Source of the DNA: Clostridia bacterium
GTDB taxonomy: Bacteria > Bacillota > Clostridia > Christensenellales > Aristaeellaceae
Direction of reading: 5' to 3'
Length of the DNA stretch: 64,000 nucleotides
Assembly (NCBI GenBank): GCA_045600165.1
Contig: JAZRXJ010000085.1
Coordinates: 40,253 to 104,252 of the forward strand
The translations under genes were made by a program, and so were the position numbers. Below are positions 55,394 to 64,000 of this stretch, piece after piece. The notes under the pieces were generated by a model. The model made no database searches and had not been told where the DNA came from. It saw only the letters and a program-made list of their open reading frames with translations. Every line of letters begins with the position of its first letter. The stretch's first letter is position 1.

Positions 55394-56497
55394 TTATCTG
55401 GCCAACGTATCGAAGGCAAAACGATCCTCCCAGTGACGGTGAAGAGTAAATTCATGGGTCAGATCTGTGATGTTATAGACTACACTCCACTGGGTATTGC
55501 TGATGATGCTCTCGGGATTGGGTGCGGTGGAAGCGGCTTGCGCGGCTTCCCAGGCAGTATCCTTTCCGGTTTCGCTGCCGGCGGCTTCAATCACGGCTTC
55601 GACTCTGTCCCGGCGTTCCTTGCCCTGACCGTACATGCCATTCTGCTGACCGGAGATCACGATGTCTTCATACTTGGCAAAATAGTTGGTGATGGTGCGA
55701 AGAGGAGTCACGACCATCGGACGGTCTTCCTTCTCACAGTCCCATTCCACCACCCGTCCGTCTCCGGATATATCCGTAATGTAGTAGTGATAATCTCTTC
55801 CGGAAGTCGCCATGTAATCGTATTGGGCGATCATGTCTACCGCTTCCTGCGTAGTAGCACAGCGATCCAGTACCAAACGGATCAATACAGGAGTCGGCAG
55901 GATCGGCTTCCCATTGTTTTGCCGGGTCGGCTCGCTGGGCAAGGTCAGCACTGCAATGGCCAGACCCTTTTCATTCATGCCGTCCAGCGGGATCAAAGGA
56001 GCAACCAGCATGGCTGCTGTAGTTGTTTCGGATTCGAAAGGGTCGTTCATTCCCAAATTGCTCAGCGCGGAGAAGCAGACGGAACGATATCCGTCCTTGG
56101 GATGACAATAGCACATCATTGCGGATGTGTCATATTTGAAGTCGTAATTCCGCCCCATGTAGACTTTTCCATCACCCGCTTTGAGCGTAAAGGCGGTACA
56201 GCCGAAATTGGGCGCTTCGATCTGAACGGGAACGCCGGGCAGCGCTTCATCGAGAAGCAGCTTGACCATGCCCTGATCATCCAGCTCACCGGTGGGTGTC
56301 AGATGGTCGATATTATAGTCGTAGAACACTTCCATTGAGTACAGATTCAGTCCGTCATCATAATCGGACAGCTTCTGAATGGAGGAAATGGTCTGCACTC
56401 TTTCCTCGGACAGAAGTGACGTGCTTCCTTCAGCCATGGCAAAACCGACCGACAGACAAAGTATGATGCTCATGAACAGTACGATGATCTTCCTCAT
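55394..56497 (-). CDS. Secreted Ntn hydrolase (choloylglycine hydrolase / linear amide C-N hydrolase family) with pro-region
   Basis: Signal peptide 'MRKIIVLFMSIILCLSVGFAMA'. Predicted autoprocessing nucleophile in 'NFGCTAFTLKAGDGKVYMGRNYDF'. Confidence 0.8.
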   Translation of the reverse strand: MRKIIVLFMSIILCLSVGFAMAEGSTSLLSEERVQTISSIQKLSDYDDGLNLYSMEVFYDYNIDHLTPTGELDDQGMVKLLLDEALPGVPVQIEAPNFGCTAFTLKAGDGKVYMGRNYDFKYDTSAMMCYCHPKDGYRSVCFSALSNLGMNDPFESETTTAAMLVAPLIPLDGMNEKGLAIAVLTLPSEPTRQNNGKPILPTPVLIRLVLDRCATTQEAVDMIAQYDYMATSGRDYHYYITDISGDGRVVEWDCEKEDRPMVVTPLRTITNYFAKYEDIVISGQQNGMYGQGKERRDRVEAVIEAAGSETGKDTAWEAAQAASTAPNPESIISNTQWSVVYNITDLTHEFTLHRHWEDRFAFDTLAR

Positions 56498-56600
56498 TTT
56501 TTCTGCTCTCCTTTATTTCATCATAACCGGTATTAGTGTGATTCGCAGTAAGGGACGGTGTTCAGGTTTGATTGGAACCGGTCCCTTACGGGCTGTATGT

Positions 56601-57509
56601 TTACGCCTGACTTGTCAGACCGTCCCATACAAGGTCGTAGTATTCCGGATCCGTGTCGGCTTCCAGTTCGGGATAGGTGACGGCGTAACAGGCCTTTCCC
56701 GACTCAAAGCGGCTATACTGTAATCCGGTGACTTTGACCGTCATTTTCTTGCCTGTATCATCACACACTTCAATGTGCTTCGTGTGAGAATAACGGCTGT
56801 TATACTCCTGACGGCCGATCATGGTGACGGGGATTACGCGGGCCTTTCCTGACCCGAGCTGGTCCAGATGCTGCTCCTTTTTCTTTTCAAGATATCTCAT
56901 GAGCAACAGTGCAAACCCGGTATACACACCGGAGACCACAAGAACGATTGAAAGCTTGGACCAGATTATGGATCGCGCGACGGATTCACGCCGGTCCATT
57001 TCTGCCTCAAAAAGCGCCTTCGCTTTCTCGGTCGCTTCTTTGTACATATCCTTATCCTTCAGTTCGGAATGGACATATTGGGGCGCGGAATTGAACAATC
57101 CCCCGGTCTTTCTGAAGTCCAGCGAGGTATAGTCAAACTCTTCCGGTTCCATGACCTTGGTGATCTCATAATGTCCGAGCGAAGCATAATGGAACGCGGC
57201 CATAGAAGGATCATCCATAGAGAGAACCCATTCCTGATCGATCTCGGGCGTAATAAAGCAGACGTTAAACAGCCTGTTCATGATCTTCGCTTCGGCATCC
57301 TCATAGGTAGGCCGGCTGCCCTCATAGCCTGTGACATCTTCCAGTTCAAATGTCACAGGCATCACGGCGATCATGAAAGTAAAAAGAAGGATACAGAATC
57401 CCCAAAGCAGGAGATTCCCGATCCAGCCTCCCTTCTTTTCCTTATAGATCGCGGACACGCCGGATTCAAGCATGGTATAGTTGATTTCTTCACAATACTG
57501 TTGTTCCAC
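56601..57509 (-). CDS. Two-TM membrane protein, unknown function
   Basis: TM helices 'WIGNLLLWGFCILLFTFMIAVMPV' and 'LSIVLVVSGVYTGFALLLM' flank a soluble loop of about 130 aa. GTG 57509 is preferred (GGAGAGAGG upstream); the track start is TTG 57563. Confidence 0.5.
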   Translation of the reverse strand: MEQQYCEEINYTMLESGVSAIYKEKKGGWIGNLLLWGFCILLFTFMIAVMPVTFELEDVTGYEGSRPTYEDAEAKIMNRLFNVCFITPEIDQEWVLSMDDPSMAAFHYASLGHYEITKVMEPEEFDYTSLDFRKTGGLFNSAPQYVHSELKDKDMYKEATEKAKALFEAEMDRRESVARSIIWSKLSIVLVVSGVYTGFALLLMRYLEKKKEQHLDQLGSGKARVIPVTMIGRQEYNSRYSHTKHIEVCDDTGKKMTVKVTGLQYSRFESGKACYAVTYPELEADTDPEYYDLVWDGLTSQA

Positions 57510-57753
57510 TTTCTTCCTCTCTCCGGAATCGTCTTTAACGGTTCCCGTTATTGTCTTTAACAATAACCGTGATCGTCATTAACAATCACATTCTGTATGA
57601 CGCGCTTCTCAAGCAAAAGTTCCGTATCCTTTTTCTTCTCAGTCTCGTATCAAATAACGAAGAACAAAACAATACGGCGCGGAAAGCGAGGATCGATGCC
57701 CTATGGGTAAGCAGCTTTCGCTGCCAGTGGATTCGGCAAAGGAGGATCGAAAA

Positions 57754-57969
57754 ATGGATCAGAGGTATGCACTGAACGGGAAGGAACTGGAACAGATTAG
57801 CGGCGGCATCATCTATAAACTGGCAGCGGATCAATATCTGGTATGCGATGAAACGAACCGCGGGAATTACAAAACATTCACTAACTTCAGCGATGCTGTA
57901 GAGTACGCAAAGATGAATGGTATCAGCTGCGCGATCGAAGACATGACGCATCATCCTCTGGTCAGATAA
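57754..57969 (+). CDS. Small secreted-peptide precursor candidate with double-glycine leader
   Basis: AAAGGAGG lies 7 nt before ATG 57754. The leader 'MDQRYALNGKELEQISGG' fits the ELxxIxGG leader consensus. A 53-aa acidic core with two Cys follows. Confidence 0.55.
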   Translation: MDQRYALNGKELEQISGGIIYKLAADQYLVCDETNRGNYKTFTNFSDAVEYAKMNGISCAIEDMTHHPLVR

Positions 57970-58051
57970 TCCGGAGAAGTGTATGGAAAAGGCTGATGAA
58001 ACTTCAGTACCGGATCAACATATCAAATAACCGTGGCGACGCGACAAAAGA

Positions 58052-59410
58052 TCAGGGAATGGAAATCAGTCTGGTCAGGCTGTCCAGCCAGGTCAGACCG
58101 CTCCTCCGGCGTACCAGCAGACTGTTGACTACCATGGAATTCACGCTCAGTACGTTGCCGGTGTCCATGTCCTCCGGTGCAAAGCTTCCCACCGAGCTGA
58201 TCACATACGGTATATTGTCCCGCGTACCCAGATAGATCATGATATGACCCGGGAAATAGACAGGGCTTCCGGGTGTCAGACCGGCTAGCGCTGCCATTTT
58301 TTCTTCCGTTGAAGTATTTTCTACATCGATGATCCTTGCCAGTGTCGTGCGTGACTGCTGACCCGCCGTGCGATCCATTTCGATGCCGAAGCATAACCAG
58401 ATCTCGCGGACAATACCTGAACAGTCATTGGAAAGGTCCAGTCCTGCCCATCCATACCGGTCCCCCAGGAGTTTGAAGGCCTGTGTCAGCACATTACGGG
58501 AAGTATAGTCCAGATAACCGATATGCACGTCAGCGCTCATCGGAACCAGGACCACCCGGTCCTCGATCATGCCGTTCGCGTCCCGGGCAGGCAGTTTCAC
58601 GGCATAGCTATTGAAGGTTGCTCTGCCGGAAACATCTTCCGGCGTTTCTTCCACGGTCAGCAGCGGCATTCTGGTACCCATGGGCAGTACGAGACCGGAC
58701 AGTCCTTCGTTGCCTCTGTCCACATTCAACCGCAGTTCACGGCCGGTAACCAGCAGAAAATCTCCTTTTTGCTGACGGTCCAGCCATTCGCCCCGGGATG
58801 GGCACAGCGCAATCTTTTCCTTTTCCACCCATCCGCCGAAGCCGTAGAACCAGACGAAATACCATTCCCCATCCTTGCTTTCGTGTACGACCATCACCGG
58901 CAGAAAAGGCATACACTCGCTTTGGACCAGCTTGTCGTAAAACAGATCGCTTTCTGTTTCACCGGCAAAATCATTGGTAGGAAGAGCCCGCAGACTGGCC
59001 CTGGTCACAGAATAACCGTACCGGATGCTCAGCGCTTCGGGAACCCCATCAGCATTTGCGTTGTCCAGCAGTGAGTCCAGATATTCCTGCGTGACCGGTA
59101 CTCCGTTTTGAAAGCATTCCTCGGATTTCTTTGTTCCAAGCGCCAGTATATCTTCCCGCAGCTGGCTCGCGTTCAGTTCATCCGCCTTTTGTATCAAACG
59201 CGAAGAATCATTTTCGGGCAGGCCGGCGATCTGTTCCTGTGTAAGCAATACTTGATCTCCTTCGTCGCCAACCCAGTAATCCGCACACAGCATATCAAAT
59301 GTTACATGATCAGCAAGACGTACATAATCCGACATTTCTGCCTCCGAAAAAAAAGATACCGACATAAACAGAACCATGAACCAAACGAATACATTTTTCC
59401 TGAGTTTCAT
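58052..59410 (-). CDS. Secreted NlpC/P60 cell-wall peptidase with N-terminal SH3b-like domains (YkfC-like)
   Basis: Signal peptide 'MKLRKNVFVWFMVLFMSVSFFSEA'. Catalytic 'LDLSNDCSGIVREIW' (Cys) and 'PGHIMIYLG' (His). GGAGGA 6 nt before ATG 59410. Confidence 0.85.
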   Translation of the reverse strand: MKLRKNVFVWFMVLFMSVSFFSEAEMSDYVRLADHVTFDMLCADYWVGDEGDQVLLTQEQIAGLPENDSSRLIQKADELNASQLREDILALGTKKSEECFQNGVPVTQEYLDSLLDNANADGVPEALSIRYGYSVTRASLRALPTNDFAGETESDLFYDKLVQSECMPFLPVMVVHESKDGEWYFVWFYGFGGWVEKEKIALCPSRGEWLDRQQKGDFLLVTGRELRLNVDRGNEGLSGLVLPMGTRMPLLTVEETPEDVSGRATFNSYAVKLPARDANGMIEDRVVLVPMSADVHIGYLDYTSRNVLTQAFKLLGDRYGWAGLDLSNDCSGIVREIWLCFGIEMDRTAGQQSRTTLARIIDVENTSTEEKMAALAGLTPGSPVYFPGHIMIYLGTRDNIPYVISSVGSFAPEDMDTGNVLSVNSMVVNSLLVRRRSGLTWLDSLTRLISIP

Positions 59411-59428
59411 ATTGATCCTCCCCATTGT

Positions 59429-60271
59429 TTATTCCCCATAAACGATTTTCTCAAAGACGCATGTCCGGCATTCTTCCTGAGCGGCACCGGTCCAGTACAG
59501 CATACCGTCTGTGATCTCAAACCAGCCAATATTGTTCGCCGCGGTGATATCAGCCGCGGTTTCATTGCCTTCCTCATCATAGGTAAAGCGGCCGATCTCT
59601 TCTCCCTGATATGTCAGCCTGCTATCTTCGAGGACAGCGTCGTACATCGTCCAGCAACTGAGTTCGGTCACCGAGTCAGACCAGGTGACAGAAATATTGT
59701 AAACATCTCCGTGCCTTTCAACGCATGCTGTCGCTCTTTGGCTTACCGTATCCTCATAATCGCCGACAAGCGGATCATCCATGTGCTGCTTCTGAACAGA
59801 TTCAAACTCCATGCAGATCCCCATGAATGTGTCCTCATCCAGGAATACTACTCCATCCGCGCTGACCGGACCCGTTACAACGATGGTATACTGCCGTTCG
59901 CCGTCAAAGAATCTTTCCAGATAGAACTCATTGGTATACAAAGTAAAGTCCTGTTCCGGAGTGAACTGGTTATTTTCATCATACATCCCGCTGATATCTT
60001 CTTCCGTGATATAAGCGCCCCGGAATGTCCATTCCAGTCCGTTGATCTCGCACTCATACTGGGCAATGCTGTTGTTGATGACAGAGAATCTCTCGCTTGT
60101 CACACCCATCACAGCGGGACGCATGAGGTCAACACCGACGATCGTATTGATTTCCTCCATGGAATCATATTCCGCGACCGGGTTCGGGATCCCGACAGCT
60201 TCTTCAGCGAAGCATGTGATCATCAGGAAACTCATCATCAGTGCCGTCAGGAAGAAAAACCATTTTTTCAT
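59429..60271 (-). CDS. Secreted hypothetical protein
   Basis: Signal peptide 'MKKWFFFLTALMMSFLMITCFA'. The acidic mature part of about 255 aa has no recognised motif. Its stop is 18 nt upstream of the NlpC/P60 start, so the two form an operon. Confidence 0.6.
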   Translation of the reverse strand: MKKWFFFLTALMMSFLMITCFAEEAVGIPNPVAEYDSMEEINTIVGVDLMRPAVMGVTSERFSVINNSIAQYECEINGLEWTFRGAYITEEDISGMYDENNQFTPEQDFTLYTNEFYLERFFDGERQYTIVVTGPVSADGVVFLDEDTFMGICMEFESVQKQHMDDPLVGDYEDTVSQRATACVERHGDVYNISVTWSDSVTELSCWTMYDAVLEDSRLTYQGEEIGRFTYDEEGNETAADITAANNIGWFEITDGMLYWTGAAQEECRTCVFEKIVYGE

Positions 60272-60564
60272 GTAATCAACTCTCCTTTTTTGCATGTATC
60301 TTTTTGTACATATCATACACCAGTTCTGAAAAAATGTATAGTTTCTCTCGAGGCGGCCGCCTGTGCTGTCGCCTTATGCGAGTAGATACGGAACACACAA
60401 AAAAGTGGCTACTCCTGAATCAACAACCTATCATTGTTAATTGCAAAACAAAGCGCAGGTATAGTACTGCAGTAACTTGTGCAAATCAATAGCTGCAACA
60501 AGTCACGCAAATGAAGCAGTGAACACAAATGAACCGTTCGTCCGTTAAAAACCGCAAACCTGAC

Positions 60565-60593
60565 TTGTATTTATACGTATATATTGATATAAT
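60565..60593 (+). promoter_or_regulatory. Candidate promoter (extended -10) for the SBD-SBD-permease operon
   Basis: TTGTAT (60565-60570), 17 bp, TATAAT (60588-60593) preceded by TGA (TGnTATAAT). This leaves a leader of about 140 nt. Confidence 0.5.
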
Positions 60594-60738
60594 AATAACA
60601 ATTGCTGGAGTTGTTCATATTCAAGAATGGTTACATATATAATGACAATTCATCCACTGACATGTATTGTTTTTGCTGACGGAAGCGGATTATTTTCGTT
60701 ACGGCAGATGTCATTTATATAAAGGAGCGTGAAAAAAG

Positions 60739-63021
60739 ATGAGACTCAGAATTCGCAAAGCCTTGTTATTCATGTTAGTGCTGACACTGGTACTGTTATG
60801 CGGCTGCTCAGTAAAGCAGGACACGAAGAAACAAACAGGGTACAGCAGCCTTGAAGACCTGGCAGGTAAACGGATCGGTCTCCAGACGGGAACAAAATTC
60901 GATACCATTGCTCCAAAGTATATTGATTCAGCCAATCTTGTGTATCTCAACGGGACTACAGATTGCGCGCTGGCCCTGGAGGCAGGGAAGGTCGACGCAT
61001 ATATAGTGGATGAGCCAATCGGACGGGCTATCTTTCAGGAATACCCGGATCAGCGCAGTCTCGCTATGCTGGAAGAAGACCAGTATGGATTTATATTCCC
61101 CAAAACAGTTCATGGTGCCGCTCTCCGCGATCAGTTCAATGAGTATCTGGAGAGAATCAAAGCAAACGGTACTCTCGCGGAATTGGATGCCATCTGGTTC
61201 GGTTCGGACGAATCACTCAAGGGTGTGGATACAGATTCCCTGACCGGAGAAAATGGTACACTCCGTTTTGCTACAGAGTCCGGGACCCCTCCGTTTGTCT
61301 ATGTGCAGGATGGCCAACTCGTCGGATACGAGATCGATATCGCCGTTCGGTTTTGTAAAGAGTATGGTTACGCATTGGAGATGTCGGATGTCACTTTCGC
61401 GGGTTTGCTTGCTTCCATATCCGGCGGGAAAAGTGATTTCGCTGCAACCTGCGTCGGAATCACCGAGGAACGAAAGGAAAGCATGTATTTTTCCGAGCCG
61501 GATTATACCGGCGGGGTCATTGTTGTTGTAAAAGATGATGGAGCCGCGGCTTCTGAACGTGTTACGGCAGAGGAAGGATTCAACAGTGTCGAGGATCTGG
61601 CCGGCAAGCGGATCGCCATGCTCACAGGCAGCGTCTTTGATACCATTGTTCCGGACTATGTGAAGGATCCCCAGTTTGTCTATTTCAATTCCAACGCGGA
61701 TTGCGCCGTGGCACTGGATAAAGGAAAGGCAGATGCCTATACGACGGATGAACCTATTGCTCTTTTGTTGCTTAATGAGTATCCCGATCAGCATATACTG
61801 AAAGCAATCACCGAAGAGAACTACGCGATGATCGTCGCGCAGACCGAAAAGAAGGATATCCTTCTCGCGCAGCTTAATGAGTTTATTGCCAAAGCCCGCG
61901 AGGACGGGACCCTGGCTGAAATGAAAAAGATATGGATTGGCAAAGACAAGGAAAAGCAGGTAATCGATTTTTCAGGACTGACTGCTGAAAACGGAACATT
62001 GCTTTTTGCCACCTCGACCGCGGCGGTAGGGGCGCCCTTCGCGTACATCAGCGACGGTCAGTATTGTGGTTACGACATTGACCTGGCTGTGCGTTTCTGC
62101 CGTGAGTACGGATACGGGATCAGCATAGAAGATTCCAACTTTTCCGGTTTGCTTGCCTCGATGATTACCGGCAAGGCGGATTTCGGAGCGGGCTGCGTGA
62201 CCATCACGGAGGAACGCAAGCAGAGCGGTCTTCTCTTTACCGAACCGAACTATACAGGCGGTGTTGTGCTTGTTGTCCGTGAGAGTTCATCCGCTGCCGC
62301 GTCTTCCGGCCTTCATGGTATCCTTGAAAGCTTTGAAAAGAACTTTATCCGTGAAAGCCGATGGAAGCTTTTTACAAGCGGTATCGGCATCACAGTGCTG
62401 ATTACGGTCCTTTCCACCATCTTTGGAACCGCGCTCGGTTTTCTGCTTTATCTGGTCTACCGCAAAAAGAAAAGGATATTTAACGGAACCATGAATGTGA
62501 TCATGGATATCCTTGAAAAAACGCCTGTCGTTGTGATCCTGATGATCCTCTATTATGTTATCTTCGGCAGCTCGGATCTTGACGGTATCTGGGTCGCCGT
62601 CATCGGCTTCACCATCCTGTTTGCCTGTGGTTTTGTCCGGACGGTGGATATCGGTGTCAAGGCAATCGGCATCGGTCAAAACGAGGCGTCGCTTGCCCTG
62701 GGATTTACCGATACCGGTACTTTTCTGTACGTGATTCTCCCGCAAGCGTCAAGACATTTTTTGCCGAACTACCGTGGGAACATCGTTTCTTTACTGAAGG
62801 ATACGGCTATCGTCGGTTATATTGCGGTGCAGGACCTGACCAAGGTGGGCGACATTATCAGAAGCCGTACCTATGAGGCATTTTTCCCATTGATTGCCAC
62901 CGCGGTGATTTATTTCCTGCTGGCCTGGTTGCTGACACGGATCGTCAGTCACATCGAATTCAGCTTTGACCCCAGAAACCGCAGCGCGGAGAAGATCCTG
63001 AAGGGGGTAAAGACCAAATGA
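60739..63021 (+). CDS. Amino-acid ABC transporter: lipoprotein signal + two tandem family-3 substrate-binding domains fused to the permease (GlnP-like)
   Basis: Lipobox 'LLCGCS'. Two homologous SBDs (each with '[20 protein letters not shown]', '[18 protein letters not shown]' and '[32 protein letters not shown]'). These are followed by a 5-6 TM permease with the EAA loop '[22 protein letters not shown]'. Confidence 0.9.
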   Translation: MRLRIRKALLFMLVLTLVLLCGCSVKQDTKKQTGYSSLEDLAGKRIGLQTGTKFDTIAPKYIDSANLVYLNGTTDCALALEAGKVDAYIVDEPIGRAIFQEYPDQRSLAMLEEDQYGFIFPKTVHGAALRDQFNEYLERIKANGTLAELDAIWFGSDESLKGVDTDSLTGENGTLRFATESGTPPFVYVQDGQLVGYEIDIAVRFCKEYGYALEMSDVTFAGLLASISGGKSDFAATCVGITEERKESMYFSEPDYTGGVIVVVKDDGAAASERVTAEEGFNSVEDLAGKRIAMLTGSVFDTIVPDYVKDPQFVYFNSNADCAVALDKGKADAYTTDEPIALLLLNEYPDQHILKAITEENYAMIVAQTEKKDILLAQLNEFIAKAREDGTLAEMKKIWIGKDKEKQVIDFSGLTAENGTLLFATSTAAVGAPFAYISDGQYCGYDIDLAVRFCREYGYGISIEDSNFSGLLASMITGKADFGAGCVTITEERKQSGLLFTEPNYTGGVVLVVRESSSAAASSGLHGILESFEKNFIRESRWKLFTSGIGITVLITVLSTIFGTALGFLLYLVYRKKKRIFNGTMNVIMDILEKTPVVVILMILYYVIFGSSDLDGIWVAVIGFTILFACGFVRTVDIGVKAIGIGQNEASLALGFTDTGTFLYVILPQASRHFLPNYRGNIVSLLKDTAIVGYIAVQDLTKVGDIIRSRTYEAFFPLIATAVIYFLLAWLLTRIVSHIEFSFDPRNRSAEKILKGVKTK

Positions 63022-64000
63022 TCATACTTGAACATTTACGCAAAGAATATCCACAGACCATTCCTCTCCGGGATGTCAGTGCCACCATTCATGACGGGGA
63101 TGTCATTTCTGTGATCGGACCTTCCGGTACGGGTAAATCCACACTGATTCGCTGTATCAACCGGCTGGAGAAACCGACTTCCGGAAAGATTCTGTTCAAT
63201 GGCATGGATATTACCTCCAGAGATTGCAACATCAGCAAGATCCGTCAGAAGATCGGCATGGTATTTCAGTCCTTTAACCTGTTTGATCATCTGTGCGTGG
63301 TGGAAAATGTCATGTTTCCGCCGATGAAGCTGCTCGGAATGAGTAAGCAGGAAGCCTATGATAAGGCTATGTCTCTGCTTCGAAGTGTCGGCATGGACGG
63401 TCGTGCCCTGAACTACCCGGATACGCTTTCCGGTGGTCAGAAGCAGCGTGTGGCGATTGCCAGAACGCTTTCCATGGATCCTGAAGTGATCCTCTTTGAC
63501 GAGCCGACAAGCGCGCTTGACCCGACCATGGTCGATGAGGTCCAGGCTGTTATTCGGGAGCTTTCTCATTCCGGAAAGACGATGATGATCGTCACCCATG
63601 AAATGAAATTCGCCCGAGAGATCAGCAATCGTGTGTTCTTCATGGATGAAGGCGGTATTTATGAAGAAGGAACTCCTGAACAGATCTTTGATCATCCGCA
63701 GAAGGAGCAAACACGCCGCTTTATCCGGCGGCTCAAGGTTTTTGAAGCAGTCATTGACAAAACGAACTATGATTTTCTTGAGATCATGTCACGCCTTAAC
63801 GAATATGGTTTCAAGAATAACATGCCTGCGGATACCGTAAATCGGTTTAAGGCATTGTTTGAAGAATTGTGTCATGAACTTTTGCTCCCTGAACTGACAG
63901 ATACGAAAATCCTGTTTACGTTGGAGTATGACGCGGAAAAAGCGGAAGTGTCGGCTGATATTCAATATTCCGGTAAATATTTTGATCCAATGGAATCGGA
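63018..64000 (+). CDS. Amino-acid ABC transporter ATP-binding protein with C-terminal extension (3' end outside window)
   Basis: Not in the ORF track because no stop is reached. My own translation from ATG 63018 (ATGA overlap with the permease stop) gives '[11 protein letters not shown]...GPSGTGKST...[14 protein letters not shown]...[11 protein letters not shown]...VTHEM', then at least 85 further residues ('[31 protein letters not shown]...') to the window end. Confidence 0.9.
   Translation, partial: MIILEHLRKEYPQTIPLRDVSATIHDGDVISVIGPSGTGKSTLIRCINRLEKPTSGKILFNGMDITSRDCNISKIRQKIGMVFQSFNLFDHLCVVENVMFPPMKLLGMSKQEAYDKAMSLLRSVGMDGRALNYPDTLSGGQKQRVAIARTLSMDPEVILFDEPTSALDPTMVDEVQAVIRELSHSGKTMMIVTHEMKFAREISNRVFFMDEGGIYEEGTPEQIFDHPQKEQTRRFIRRLKVFEAVIDKTNYDFLEIMSRLNEYGFKNNMPADTVNRFKALFEELCHELLLPELTDTKILFTLEYDAEKAEVSADIQYSGKYFDPMES

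Noticed and set aside
60317-60738. Long AT-rich region upstream of the SBD-SBD-permease operon considered as a T-box or amino-acid riboswitch
   Set aside because: I found no T-box consensus (AGGGTGGNACCGCG-like) and no motif of the lysine, glycine, SAM or glutamine riboswitch classes that I can recognise. Only imperfect hairpins are present (e.g. 60473-60501, and TGACAT...ATGTCA around 60657-60707). A covariance-model scan is needed.
1-64000. Search by eye for CRISPR arrays, tRNA/rRNA genes, IS elements, integrases, reverse transcriptases and prophage genes
   Set aside because: I saw no regularly spaced direct repeats, no cloverleaf-like or rRNA-like segments in the intergenic regions, and no ORF with transposase, recombinase or RT motifs. 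Absence should be confirmed with tRNAscan-SE, Infernal, ISEScan and CRISPR finders.

Overview
This 64-kb window reads like chromosome from a strictly anaerobic, gut-type Firmicutes (Clostridia-like) genome. It has GGAGG-type ribosome-binding sites, GC-stem/T-tract terminators and roughly 50-55% GC by eye, with a visibly AT-richer stretch at about 47.7-55.4 kb. I can support about 60 protein-coding genes. I saw no rRNA, tRNA, CRISPR array, transposase or integrase. Content from left to right: (1) an amino-acid ABC importer coupled to a DapF-like epimerase, a CopA copper ATPase and asd. (2) An oxidative-stress module: a Fur/PerR-family regulator preceded by a perfect 7-1-7 Fur-type box, co-transcribed with a four-domain flavin-reductase/rubredoxin/rubredoxin/rubrerythrin fusion. 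(3) RdgB, a TPR protein, an ArsB/NhaD-type permease, a MATE exporter, a DUF2130 protein and a nucleoside hydrolase. (4) An 18-kb glycan locus (GH29, GH42, GH35-like, LplABC-type ABC importer, YesM/YesN-type two-component system, GH5, GH2, GH31). All six hydrolases lack signal peptides, and the enzyme set fits imported fucogalacto-xyloglucan oligosaccharides. (5) Guanine deaminase, a second deaminase and an Fe-S aldo/keto reductase. (6) A second redox module: an XRE HTH fused to a complete desulfoferrodoxin (HTH-Dx-SOR), translationally coupled to an iron-sulfur flavoprotein. (7) A xenobiotic-sensor cluster: XRE-GyrI, a TetR with twin operators controlling a small Ntn hydrolase, a truncated GNAT, GyrI-Zn-ribbon and MerR-GyrI. 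(8) An AT-rich accessory stretch with a hybrid histidine kinase, a class II Fic protein with a repeat-laden promoter, and an AAA ATPase/DUF234 nuclease-like protein. (9) A secreted Ntn hydrolase, an orphan double-glycine-leader peptide gene, and an SH3-NlpC/P60 peptidase operon. (10) A GlnPQ-like importer with two substrate-binding domains fused to the permease. The best candidates for undescribed biology are the HTH-Dx-SOR/Isf pair, the orphan GG-leader peptide, the Fic promoter repeat array, and the all-in-one rubrerythrin fusion under a Fur-type box. All calls rest on reading motifs in the supplied translations and the DNA. No database search was possible, and start codons are plus or minus a few codons where noted.
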